Shown here piece by piece: positions 47,486 to 56,438 of a DNA stretch of 64,000 bases (within the stretch, counting starts at the first letter, position 1; each line of letters starts with the position of its first letter). The DNA comes from a virus: the IMG/VR virus record IMGVR_UViG_3300045988_180190. One strand, written 5' to 3'. The position numbers were made by a program, and so were the translations under genes. The notes beneath the pieces are model-generated. The model was not told the origin of the DNA and did no database searches. It saw only the letters and a program-made list of their open reading frames with translations.

Positions 47486-48541
47486 TTAGCCTGCAGCAGT
47501 TGTGCCATTATTGGGGGTTTGCATAGCTACCTGTGGAGCAGTTCCCCATTGCTGAATTCCCTTAGCAACCTCCTCATTAACCGGAGCACCTTGATATGCC
47601 TGATATACCTTATCAACATCCTTGGGAGTAAAGTTAAATGTGGAGGCTAAGGTGCCATAATTATTCAGATTTTTTCCACGTATATTTCTAGCCATCAACT
47701 CATTATATGTTCTATTCATATTATTTTGATTTTGTAGATATGGCATCGCCTCAGCTCTTTGCTTTTGCATAAAATTATTATATGCCCAATTCTTTGGAAT
47801 AATTACTCCCATACCACTCAAGAATTTTTGAATACCTACTTTTATTTGATTCCAGAAATCTAAATTACGGAAATCTTGGTTTGCCTTATTTGTAAGTTGT
47901 TCAGAAGCCATAGCCTGAAAATTTCTAGATTGTGCCAAATTTTTCTGAACAGATTGCTGATAATTATTAGCATTATCTTGTAACGCCTTTGTGTAAGCGT
48001 TTACGTCATTAATATTCTTATTGTTTAATGTACCAGCGGCTAAATTATATCCTACAGACTTATAAGCTTCGTTAGTATCTCCTAATGCGGATCCAGTTCT
48101 GTCAGCCTCATTTACTTGGTTCTGAAAATTACGTGCAGAATTCATAGACCTTCTACCCAATTCCTGCTGTAAAGATTGGCGAGAGTTAGTCTTGCCCCCA
48201 AACAGAGTAGTACCCTTTATGACACGATCAGCACGTGCCTTCCCCATTGAATTTTTAAATCCATTTCCGCTTAACCATCCTATTCCTCCTTTTGCCGCGT
48301 CTACAGCCCAGGTAAGAGGACTATTCCACCCATAGTTTTCATTATAAACCTGGTTCACAGCGTCTCCAATTCCTTGGGTTAAATCCTCTCTAGGGGTTAA
48401 TGGCGCACTATTGTTTGCAAACTTTGCAAAATTAGACATATTCAGTCTGTTACTTATGCGCTGATGAGTTGTGGTAGAAGCAATCTTTAAGTGATCATTG
48501 TAATGCTTCGCAAATTTATTAAAATTTTGTATATTTAACAT
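47486..48541 (-). CDS. NF-x-KFA-tagged hypothetical protein (tag present twice)
   Basis: 351 aa. MLNIQNFNKFAKHY...(residue 35)MSNFAKFANNSAP. Asn/Gln-rich. Confidence 0.6.
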   Translation of the reverse strand: MLNIQNFNKFAKHYNDHLKIASTTTHQRISNRLNMSNFAKFANNSAPLTPREDLTQGIGDAVNQVYNENYGWNSPLTWAVDAAKGGIGWLSGNGFKNSMGKARADRVIKGTTLFGGKTNSRQSLQQELGRRSMNSARNFQNQVNEADRTGSALGDTNEAYKSVGYNLAAGTLNNKNINDVNAYTKALQDNANNYQQSVQKNLAQSRNFQAMASEQLTNKANQDFRNLDFWNQIKVGIQKFLSGMGVIIPKNWAYNNFMQKQRAEAMPYLQNQNNMNRTYNELMARNIRGKNLNNYGTLASTFNFTPKDVDKVYQAYQGAPVNEEVAKGIQQWGTAPQVAMQTPNNGTTAAG

Positions 48542-48543
48542 AA

Positions 48544-50820
48544 CTAAAATCTACCTGTTTTATCTACGTTTTCCGCAAAATCTGGCATAGACATTCTAAC
48601 GAACGGGTCTATATTGTCTTTAATATTTGTCTTATAACCTCTTACCGCAGATTCTACATAATTTTTAGCCTGGTAAGGAGCATTTGCTCTTTCCAAGAAA
48701 TCTGTATTTCCCTTATTGGGAACCTCTCTAAGTCTAACATACACAGGAGAAAAACCTGGTTCATTATCCGAAACATAAAGCTCATCTGTAATACCCGTGC
48801 GCTTAATATGGTCCAGCATCTTATTTGTAAGTTTTGTTCCTATTGTGTAATGTAATACTGGGGCTTGCAAGTATTTGCCTTTTAAATTAACATTTTTATC
48901 ATTGAGCTTTACTTTTTTTGCATCTTTGTCCGGTACATAAGAAGCCTCTAAAGCATTATAAGATACTATATCGCCAGGTAAGTAATCTCCTAATCCATCT
49001 GGATCGGTAATTTCTACCTTATCTACGATACCTCTAGCTAGGACTTCTAAATTTCTTTTATGCGCCGGTGCGTTACTATCGTCCAGTAGCTGTTTTCCCG
49101 TTTCCACGAAAACTCTCCTACCTTCCCCGAGTCCTCTTAGGCGTACAACGTCCTCTAAGTCTACTAAACCATCTGCTAGCTGGTCTCCCTGCTCGACTTC
49201 TTGACCTTCTTTAACTTCTATGTGAGAATCCGGGTCAGCATAATGCTCTATTCCATTAACAACTATATAAGTTCCACCTTGAGGAGCTGGTGTTATTCTT
49301 TCCACTCTCCCATCTGATTCTGCTAGAGGGGCACGAGATTTATAGTGCTCTGGAGATTCAAAAAACTGGTTAATATAATTAAATCCCGAAAAGGTTCTCT
49401 TCTTTCCTTTGAATCCCCCAGCTTCGTGTTTTGAAGAATTATGTGACAAGAGACCATTTTTTAATACGAATAAATGTGTATCTCCACTAATTTCTATGTC
49501 AAAACAATGCTGCAATCCTACATAGCGAATCTGTGTAATCTTCGCAGGGTCACCCCTTACGTCTAAACATAAATTTGAGTCAAATATTTCTTGCACTGGA
49601 AGGTCTTTTAATTCTCCGTATATTTTAAATCTATGTTGTCTAGTACAAACAACAGAATACTCTATATCATCAACAGAAAATATAACCTCATATACATTGC
49701 GAATATTCTGGTCTATAACAGAAATGATTTCCTCAGGAACTAGTGACTTACCATCTTTAGAGATACTTATTACCTTCTCCCCTGGTTTTAAATCCTTAAT
49801 TTTTTTAAACTGCTGTGACCATAGCATAACTTCTGTATCTTGATGCAAGCATAGTCCGCCCTGAATAGCAGGCTCACTAACAGAAGTTGCCGCTGCAATT
49901 CCTGCATGGAACTCTCCAATTCTAGGCAATCTTTTATTGTAATCCAATCCAAAAGCTTCTGCAGAAATACCTTCGGGAGAAACTGTGGCAATTGGAGAAT
50001 GCACTATCACAGTTTTTACACCTTTATTTTTAAGAGAATTTAGTACGTCACGATCAACTATGGTTCCCTCAGCAAATCCTCCCGCCGGACGCGCAAGCAC
50101 TCGTCCGTAAAGTGATGAGTCGTCTATGTCTAAGTCTATACCATTATTGGAAAGATCTTTTTTAGACGTAATCATCATATTTGCCACTGGGCGAAATAAA
50201 CTTTTACCCCAACCTCCAAATTTAGCTGTACTTTTTTTGATAGCGATAGTTGAAGCTCTTGTACCATAAGTGCTAGCTAAATATTCTGGAATGGATAATC
50301 CTTCTCCAAAACTTTTCTTAACAAAGAAAGGAATCGTTCTACCCTTATAATCTGTATAGAGTGCTGGAGTTGTAATTAAAGCTTTTAACTGAAAGGGAGA
50401 ACCTCTTGCTCCAGAGGATACAGAGTTATAAAGATTATTATGCTTTTCTTTAGCAGCATTCAGTGTATCTTTCTCAAGCTTTGTAGCATAACGTTCGTAT
50501 ACCTCCATTATAGCTTTGTTCTTTTTGTTTTCATCTTTTATATTCCTCCTTAAAAACTGCACCTCTTTATGCATTTCTTCCAGTGCAGCTTCCTTATCAA
50601 ATGGAGGTTTAAAATCCGAAAGTTTCAAAGTCTGTCCAGAGTAGTATACTGATTTACGAGCAATATCCATTAATTTATCCATTATATCCCTGTATCTGTC
50701 TGGATATTTTTCAGCAATAAGAGACTGCAACTCGTTTATTGACTTCGTGTCATATGTGCGAGTGTAGTCCCTTATATCCTCGGGTAAAACGGAATTAATT
50801 AAATATTGAATAGCTTTCAC
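48544..50820 (-). CDS. multisubunit RNA polymerase beta-prime subunit, C-terminal fragment, interrupted by a mini-intein
   Basis: 758 aa. SSGARGSPFQLKALIT, bridge-helix-like YLASTYGTRASTIAIKKSTAKFGGWGKSLFRPV, and trigger-loop-like SVSEPAIQGGL[intein]SSKHEAGGF match beta-prime motifs as I recall them (SGARG; GEPGTQLTMRTFH.GG). Confidence 0.8.
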   Translation of the reverse strand: MKAIQYLINSVLPEDIRDYTRTYDTKSINELQSLIAEKYPDRYRDIMDKLMDIARKSVYYSGQTLKLSDFKPPFDKEAALEEMHKEVQFLRRNIKDENKKNKAIMEVYERYATKLEKDTLNAAKEKHNNLYNSVSSGARGSPFQLKALITTPALYTDYKGRTIPFFVKKSFGEGLSIPEYLASTYGTRASTIAIKKSTAKFGGWGKSLFRPVANMMITSKKDLSNNGIDLDIDDSSLYGRVLARPAGGFAEGTIVDRDVLNSLKNKGVKTVIVHSPIATVSPEGISAEAFGLDYNKRLPRIGEFHAGIAAATSVSEPAIQGGLCLHQDTEVMLWSQQFKKIKDLKPGEKVISISKDGKSLVPEEIISVIDQNIRNVYEVIFSVDDIEYSVVCTRQHRFKIYGELKDLPVQEIFDSNLCLDVRGDPAKITQIRYVGLQHCFDIEISGDTHLFVLKNGLLSHNSSKHEAGGFKGKKRTFSGFNYINQFFESPEHYKSRAPLAESDGRVERITPAPQGGTYIVVNGIEHYADPDSHIEVKEGQEVEQGDQLADGLVDLEDVVRLRGLGEGRRVFVETGKQLLDDSNAPAHKRNLEVLARGIVDKVEITDPDGLGDYLPGDIVSYNALEASYVPDKDAKKVKLNDKNVNLKGKYLQAPVLHYTIGTKLTNKMLDHIKRTGITDELYVSDNEPGFSPVYVRLREVPNKGNTDFLERANAPYQAKNYVESAVRGYKTNIKDNIDPFVRMSMPDFAENVDKTGRF
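49438..49851 (-). other. mini-intein (residues 324-461 of the beta-prime fragment)
   Basis: Starts with Cys (CLHQDTEVML). Block B VVCTRQHRF. Blocks F/G CFDIEISGDTHLFVLKNGLLSHN, followed by Ser+1. About 138 aa, with no endonuclease-sized insert. Confidence 0.8.
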
Positions 50821-50827
50821 TTTAAAC

Positions 50828-51433
50828 TTACACGTTTGGAGCTAGATCGATAGTGTTTCCATTAGTACTATCAATCGCCTTTGTGTTGTAATCTCCTATA
50901 TTATTAATAGAATTTGACTGTATATCATAATTTGGTTCAGCATAATACCTTTGAGGATCAGTATACTTGATCTTGTTGTCCCATACAACCTTCATTGGCT
51001 CATACTGATATGACACATTCACGGCATATCCTTCTGCAGAACCCGTAACGCATAAAGCATATACAGCCGCACGCAAATGTTCTATTTTAAATAATGACCC
51101 TGGAGTTATGCTGATAGGCTCTCCTACCTGTATCCAAGTATTTACAGAAGACAATGAGCCTGATTCATTTGGCTGCTCTAGGGTCGCGAGCATATACAAT
51201 GTAGCATTTAAACCAGTAGCATCGGATGAAGAATCATAGACCTCATTCTGCGCAGTTAGTGGATGAGTTACTAGACCATAAATTGTATTATCGTCTCCCG
51301 AAACGTTAACAGACATATCTATAAAATTTTCCGCCCCTAAAGCGTCGGTTGTTGATGCGTATACTGGAGAATAATAGGAAAACTCAGTAAATAATTTAGC
51401 AGTTGTTCTGCAGTAAGTGTTAGAACCTGGCAT
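50828..51433 (-). CDS. hypothetical protein (coupled upstream of the beta-prime fragment)
   Basis: 201-aa ORF. 7-nt gap to the RNAP gene. Confidence 0.55.
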   Translation of the reverse strand: MPGSNTYCRTTAKLFTEFSYYSPVYASTTDALGAENFIDMSVNVSGDDNTIYGLVTHPLTAQNEVYDSSSDATGLNATLYMLATLEQPNESGSLSSVNTWIQVGEPISITPGSLFKIEHLRAAVYALCVTGSAEGYAVNVSYQYEPMKVVWDNKIKYTDPQRYYAEPNYDIQSNSINNIGDYNTKAIDSTNGNTIDLAPNV

Positions 51434-51484
51434 AATAAATAATTGGTTTAATGTTTAATATTCATAACTATCTCAATATTCCCG

Positions 51485-51531
51485 TAAAAAAGCAATAAAA
51501 AATATGGTAGTGAAATATATTTCACTACCAT
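51485..51531 (-). terminator. strong rho-independent terminator ending the secreted-protein island
   Basis: Perfect 28-nt palindrome at 51504-51531 (atggtagtgaaatatatttcactaccat), followed on the minus strand by attttttattgctttttt. Confidence 0.8.
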
Positions 51532-51556
51532 ACCTAAGATTATTTATAAATATGTG

Positions 51557-52228
51557 CTATTTAATAAGTTTTGCGTCAAGAATTCTTGCGGTTAAAGCCT
51601 TCTGCAGTGCTTGTATCTGCGTAAGAGCCTTAGCGTTTTTCTCTTGAAGCAATAGCACGCCTTCTATCTTATTGCATATGGACTTAGCGTCACTCGGGTT
51701 TTCCAAAGCTAGCAAGTTACTTGCAAAGAATTTAAATACTTCACCATCTTTCCAATACAAATCCGAAAAAGCTTCTGCAGGTGCTGTTAGGAAATAGGAA
51801 AAATCTTTCATTGCATATGCAATGTTCCCCTGCTGAGATATTTTCAGCTTATTTCCTTCTAGAATCCATCCGCCACTCTTTAAGTTGGCATAGAATGTTG
51901 GGTCTTGTGCGTCTTTTTCCCTAATAAATGTCTCGGGATGCAAGCAGCACAAAGTCCAGTCTGAACCCGTTAGCTTTAAGCCTGCACAATATGTGATGCA
52001 AAACATTTCACGTGAAGCATCATATACTTGTTTCTTTGCTTCATCCGAACTCTTGTAAGATTCCCAAGCAGCTTTTAGGTCGTCACCATTTGATTGGGTA
52101 AACTTAACTGTGTCTTCCCAACTTGTTGAGAATGCCGATTTAAACTCAGCCTTTAGTTCTTCTAATGATTTAGCATTTGCAGCTAAACAAACGAAGCAAG
52201 CGGTAATAGCTATAATAATTTTTTTCAT
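51557..52228 (-). CDS. secreted hypothetical protein
   Basis: 223 aa. Signal peptide MKKIIIAITACFVCLAANA/KS. Confidence 0.6.
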   Translation of the reverse strand: MKKIIIAITACFVCLAANAKSLEELKAEFKSAFSTSWEDTVKFTQSNGDDLKAAWESYKSSDEAKKQVYDASREMFCITYCAGLKLTGSDWTLCCLHPETFIREKDAQDPTFYANLKSGGWILEGNKLKISQQGNIAYAMKDFSYFLTAPAEAFSDLYWKDGEVFKFFASNLLALENPSDAKSICNKIEGVLLLQEKNAKALTQIQALQKALTARILDAKLIK

Positions 52229-52229
52229 G

Positions 52230-52514
52230 TTAGTTCCTATCTGTTATTAATGATTTAATTTCTTCTAAAATATAAATTTTTTTAAAGCCTATAGCTTTAT
52301 CATAATCCTGCCATTTGTACCAGATAAAAGTATTTGGGTACACATCAAATCGCTTCTTCCAAAACTCTAGTGGTAGCGATTGCTCGTACTTAAAAGTGAG
52401 CATATCATCTGCATAATCTATGAGATCGTTTAACTTATAAATATCATAATCAGGCGTTGAACCTAACAAGTATGCAAATGGCATACATAATATGCATAGT
52501 AATTTCTTTATCAT
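52230..52514 (-). CDS. small secreted/membrane hypothetical protein
   Basis: 94 aa. Hydrophobic N-terminus MIKKLLCILCMPFAYLLG. Confidence 0.5.
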   Translation of the reverse strand: MIKKLLCILCMPFAYLLGSTPDYDIYKLNDLIDYADDMLTFKYEQSLPLEFWKKRFDVYPNTFIWYKWQDYDKAIGFKKIYILEEIKSLITDRN

Positions 52515-53197
52515 AATTTAACCTTTGAATCTCCGTAGTATGTTGGAAGTATAGAAATCCATCTCTTTACACCACTCGGTAGTAGCTCAGCTTTAGACAT
52601 ATTTTGTCTCCATACTATTATAGTGTTATTAGGATCTGTAAAGATTTCTCTTATATAATCTCCTCTTTTTAATCTTCTTGTTGTAGAGTAGCGCCCAAAA
52701 CCTGTGTAAACCGGGACATTAACAATGTCGGTAGCATCCACTGAAGGATAAAACCAAACTCCTGTTGCAGTGTTGGAACCTAGAGAAGCTCCAATAGAAC
52801 CGGTTGCGTAATTCGAAAATTGTACCCGTTGCCCAAAACACCTGTTGTAATCCCCGCTACCTGAAGTAGAGAAATAGTATATTGTAGGACTTGAGTCTGT
52901 AATATTGGAGTGTCCATTTATATAGGTAGAGTATTGAAGTGAGAATGTTGCGGAGAAATACAAAGTATTTCTATACTGGTCTATGACTTTAATCTCAAAA
53001 TCCGAACAATATTTAGAGTCCGAATAAGGTGAAGGACTCATATCCACATATATGTAGAAATCCCTATATATTTTATTAACACTTGGTGACTTACCAGTTG
53101 TTGTATCATATACAAAGGGTTTAGTAGCCGAGTGCAGAGCTAGACTACAAAAGGCCATTAAACCTAGAAAATATAATTTTTTAATACTTAAAAACAT
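52511..53197 (-). CDS. secreted hypothetical protein
   Basis: 228 aa. Signal-like MFLSIKKLYFLGLMAFCSLALHSA. Beta-rich, Tyr/Ser/Thr-rich. Confidence 0.55.
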   Translation of the reverse strand: MFLSIKKLYFLGLMAFCSLALHSATKPFVYDTTTGKSPSVNKIYRDFYIYVDMSPSPYSDSKYCSDFEIKVIDQYRNTLYFSATFSLQYSTYINGHSNITDSSPTIYYFSTSGSGDYNRCFGQRVQFSNYATGSIGASLGSNTATGVWFYPSVDATDIVNVPVYTGFGRYSTTRRLKRGDYIREIFTDPNNTIIVWRQNMSKAELLPSGVKRWISILPTYYGDSKVKL

Positions 53198-53220
53198 AAT
53201 AATTCCTATTATCTAAACAT

Positions 53221-53550
53221 TTATTGGGAATTAAGCTCATTCCATTCCTCCTCAGTCAGATAAGATGGGCTAATGCCCCCTTCATCCTGATTAAATACTA
53301 AATATACAAACTTGTCAGGAATCTCCTGATTGCCGTTAAATACTTTCATTTTAATGTAAGACAAAGCTCCTTCCAATGCTATAGCATTAGAAACAATCTT
53401 TATATTTGTTAGTGGAACACCATTAGCGTCTGTATCTATAGACAGTTCACCAGAAGACTCTCCGGACGATTTTATATAACCGGAAGGATAAACAATCCTG
53501 TCATTTTGACAGGACGCTAAAGAAGTGGTATCTGTTCCAGAAGAAGACAT
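53221..53550 (-). CDS. hypothetical protein
   Basis: 109-aa ORF. Confidence 0.5.
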   Translation of the reverse strand: MSSSGTDTTSLASCQNDRIVYPSGYIKSSGESSGELSIDTDANGVPLTNIKIVSNAIALEGALSYIKMKVFNGNQEIPDKFVYLVFNQDEGGISPSYLTEEEWNELNSQ

Positions 53551-53551
53551 A

Positions 53552-54055
53552 TCAATTCTTTATTAGACTAAAAAATTCTGATGCTATTGTTATTGTTCCA
53601 CTTATACCGCCAAGTATACCTATTAAAAAAATCAATGCATTTTTAAAAAATGATTTTAATATATCTCCCTTTTCTAATTCTGCCTTATGTTTTCTCGCAA
53701 AGCTTATCGACTCATTAATACCATCTTCTACGCTATGCCTCCAAGTTTTTAACTGAATACAAGTACCATTGGTCTTACGTACTTCTCTAGAAATATTTTT
53801 TAATCTAGGGAGCATCCAGTCCATCTTCTGGCGAATTAGGTCAAGAGTAGTTAGCACGTACCTGTCCTTGGCAGAAATATCTCCCATTTGTGCCATCATA
53901 GCCTCGGCCTCAGTACTTATGTCAAACTCCGGAACTCTTAATTCTTCAATAGAGGATAGTTTTAATGCAATTTGATCATCAGTCGCATATAACTCTTCTC
54001 TAAGGTTATCTGAGTCTGACTGTACTGAGTCATTTATTTCCACTGGACGGTTCAT
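53552..54055 (-). CDS. tail-anchored membrane protein
   Basis: 167 aa. C-terminal hydrophobic span ALIFLIGILGGISGTITIASEFF. Confidence 0.5.
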   Translation of the reverse strand: MNRPVEINDSVQSDSDNLREELYATDDQIALKLSSIEELRVPEFDISTEAEAMMAQMGDISAKDRYVLTTLDLIRQKMDWMLPRLKNISREVRKTNGTCIQLKTWRHSVEDGINESISFARKHKAELEKGDILKSFFKNALIFLIGILGGISGTITIASEFFSLIKN

Positions 54056-54099
54056 CTACTTACCTAAATAATAACATAAAAATATTCTAAAAGTCTACA

Positions 54100-54366
54100 T
54101 CAGTTTTTAGATATTTTTACGTTGAACAAAAACTTACGCTTTGGGTTATTCGACCCGGGATTGCAATTTTTATCTATATTGCTTATGGTTTTTTCCACTA
54201 CAGTTAATTCCTGCTCTGCAGAAGGATTAACGAAATTATGAAACATTGTACCAATACCACTCATCTGCATCCACTCAGAAAGTGATGGCCCAAATGCTGA
54301 CATCCCCGCAGGGAGCGTGATACCTTTTGTCTTATATAGCTTATCTTTTTCTTCGTCAGTTAACAT
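54100..54366 (-). CDS. hypothetical protein
   Basis: 88-aa ORF. Confidence 0.45.
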   Translation of the reverse strand: MLTDEEKDKLYKTKGITLPAGMSAFGPSLSEWMQMSGIGTMFHNFVNPSAEQELTVVEKTISNIDKNCNPGSNNPKRKFLFNVKISKN

Positions 54367-54367
54367 A

Positions 54368-54733
54368 TTATTTATTATTTATTATTTCCATTCTGTAGGC
54401 ATCCGCCATATCCATGAAATAACGCATGTACTTTGGGGAAATTTTGTAATTACCGCCTGTGTCACACTTTGTAATGCCGTCATTTTTCTTTAATGGTGGA
54501 ATAATCCTATCCCCATATTTATCAATTAAAGCATTATAAAGATCAACTGTTTTTTTCGTTATTATGAAATATTTTCCATCTTCAATATCAACTAACCCAC
54601 CGGTCTGACCACCATACTCATCGTAGGATATACTGTCGCCATCTATGATGTCAGGAGTTTTATTCGTAGTGGAAAGGCAACCAGAAACACCTATAAGAAG
54701 AAAACTACAAAGAAATATTCTTGCGTATCTCAT
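54368..54733 (-). CDS. lipoprotein
   Basis: 121 aa. Signal plus lipobox MRYARIFLCSFLLIGVSG/C. 29-nt overlap with the upstream small ORF. Confidence 0.6.
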   Translation of the reverse strand: MRYARIFLCSFLLIGVSGCLSTTNKTPDIIDGDSISYDEYGGQTGGLVDIEDGKYFIITKKTVDLYNALIDKYGDRIIPPLKKNDGITKCDTGGNYKISPKYMRYFMDMADAYRMEIINNK

Positions 54734-54911
54734 CTAGAGCCTCCTTATCTCCGTTTAAGGAATCATGAATTAGCTTATTATGCTTGTCGGATTCTTTGTT
54801 TATTTTTTTAGCCATTTCATTGTCTGTTATCGTAGAATCCTTTGACCTGTTGGCAAAAATAGAAGCTATATACTCTATTATTCTTAAAATTGAGGCTATT
54901 ATTACGTGCAT
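54705..54911 (-). CDS. small protein with N-terminal hydrophobic segment and charged helical tail
   Basis: 68 aa. MHVIIASILRIIEYIASIF, then a Lys/Asp/Glu-rich tail. Confidence 0.4.
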   Translation of the reverse strand: MHVIIASILRIIEYIASIFANRSKDSTITDNEMAKKINKESDKHNKLIHDSLNGDKEALDEIRKNISL

Positions 54912-54917
54912 AATATA

Positions 54918-55877
54918 TTAAAAATAAGATTTATCAAATGTCCACATATCCATTACATAATGTGGGTCAGCTAAGAAAGAAGCTGGTAAATATCCGTACC
55001 CAAAATCTCCTGTGGATGTTCCCCAGCTGTTTATAAACTCAAAATATGTCTCACCCTTATGCTGCCTAAACCCTGTTATGCAAATAGCATGTCCGCCAAT
55101 TAATTCGGCAGACTCTATGTCTTCGCAAGGTGTCAAATACCCATAATAGTCAAAATAATCCATTTGCTCTTCGTAAAGATAAATACCCGCTATAATTGGT
55201 AAATGCTCAGATACTAAAACATTTTTGCAAACGGTTATGGGGTCATTCTTAGGATCTATCCTTAAATATTCATGTATCTTAAAGTTTAAATCTGTAGTAA
55301 TGTCTGATGGTGGATTGCTGCTGGGATTAAATTTATAAAACGGCATATAAGACTCTGGTATAACACCGTATTTCTTTAAACCCTGCATCAGGCTGCGCAG
55401 AGTTGCCCCTTGGTCTGGAAGTGGAGAAGTTGTTTTACCATAAAACTGGTCTTTGAACATAAAGTCTATAAATCTGGCATTATAATAGATATATAATGGA
55501 GATAATAGGAATGCTTCATCCCCAGACTTACTATGTTCAGCCATTTTTTTAAGCAAAATAAACACGGAAGCTGCACCTGCAAATCCTGTGCAGGCAGAAG
55601 TGTCCTTTTGATTTTGTACAGGTGGAGCATATTTGCGGAGAGAAAACTCATTTATACCGGAAATAGTGTCATTATATACAGATGCGCATAGCTTAATATG
55701 GTCTCTGCTATCTGGTTTATCCGGTTTGCAACCTAGAAGCCTAGCATTTCTGGAGTTTCTAAATCTAGATTCCATGAGACATTCTAATCTGTCTTTAACT
55801 CCGAGTTGTACTTCGTTATCTTTCTTTTTTAAAAGATGTTTTTTTATCCAATGCGATATGGTTTTAAAAAATGCCAT
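54918..55877 (-). CDS. papain-like (C1 family) cysteine peptidase
   Basis: 319 aa. VQNQKDTSAC with Q-x5-C spacing as in papain, GGHAICITGF, and FINSWG...GYGYL. All four catalytic-site positions (Q, C, H, N) are present. No obvious signal peptide. Confidence 0.75.
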   Translation of the reverse strand: MAFFKTISHWIKKHLLKKKDNEVQLGVKDRLECLMESRFRNSRNARLLGCKPDKPDSRDHIKLCASVYNDTISGINEFSLRKYAPPVQNQKDTSACTGFAGAASVFILLKKMAEHSKSGDEAFLLSPLYIYYNARFIDFMFKDQFYGKTTSPLPDQGATLRSLMQGLKKYGVIPESYMPFYKFNPSSNPPSDITTDLNFKIHEYLRIDPKNDPITVCKNVLVSEHLPIIAGIYLYEEQMDYFDYYGYLTPCEDIESAELIGGHAICITGFRQHKGETYFEFINSWGTSTGDFGYGYLPASFLADPHYVMDMWTFDKSYF

Positions 55878-55879
55878 AA

Positions 55880-56176
55880 TTAATTCCCATCTTTATTTTT
55901 AATTAAATTCCTAGCTTGCTGCACGTAAATTAGGCGATCACTTTCTGGAAAATACTTGAAGTATATAATTCCAAGGTCTACATCTGGTTTTTCCAAAATA
56001 GCGGGGTTTTTTAGAGCATCAAAATACAAAATCTGAACACAATTATTTTTGTAAAGTTCAATTTGCTGCTCCTTTATTGCCTCTATGTCATCCCTCAAAG
56101 AGAATTGCATCCTGCTTGTGCAGGACGCAACAAAAAGAGTTAATACACATAATAGAATTCTTACCATATTACGCAA
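55880..56176 (-). CDS. lipoprotein
   Basis: 98 aa. MRNMVRILLCVLTLFVAS/C lipobox. Confidence 0.6.
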   Translation of the reverse strand: MRNMVRILLCVLTLFVASCTSRMQFSLRDDIEAIKEQQIELYKNNCVQILYFDALKNPAILEKPDVDLGIIYFKYFPESDRLIYVQQARNLIKNKDGN

Positions 56177-56438
56177 TTTCCAGTTTAGGGGTTAATTTGC
56201 TATTAATGTTTTTCAGACTTATATAAATCTTTCTGGGAACACCAGTGTTATCCTTTAGGGTATAAAAGTCTTGAGCATTTGTGGCATCATTTGTCTCTAT
56301 AAAAGAAAATTTAGCTACAATGTTTTTACCTAGATTGGTTAACGGAGAGACCACCATGTCATAATATTTATCCTCTCCGTCATACACCGTCCTAAATCGA
56401 AGATTATATATAGAATCATTATTTACTTCTGTATTCAT
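56169..56438 (-). CDS. hypothetical protein
   Basis: 89-aa ORF. 8-nt overlap with the downstream gene. Confidence 0.45.
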   Translation of the reverse strand: MNTEVNNDSIYNLRFRTVYDGEDKYYDMVVSPLTNLGKNIVAKFSFIETNDATNAQDFYTLKDNTGVPRKIYISLKNINSKLTPKLEIA

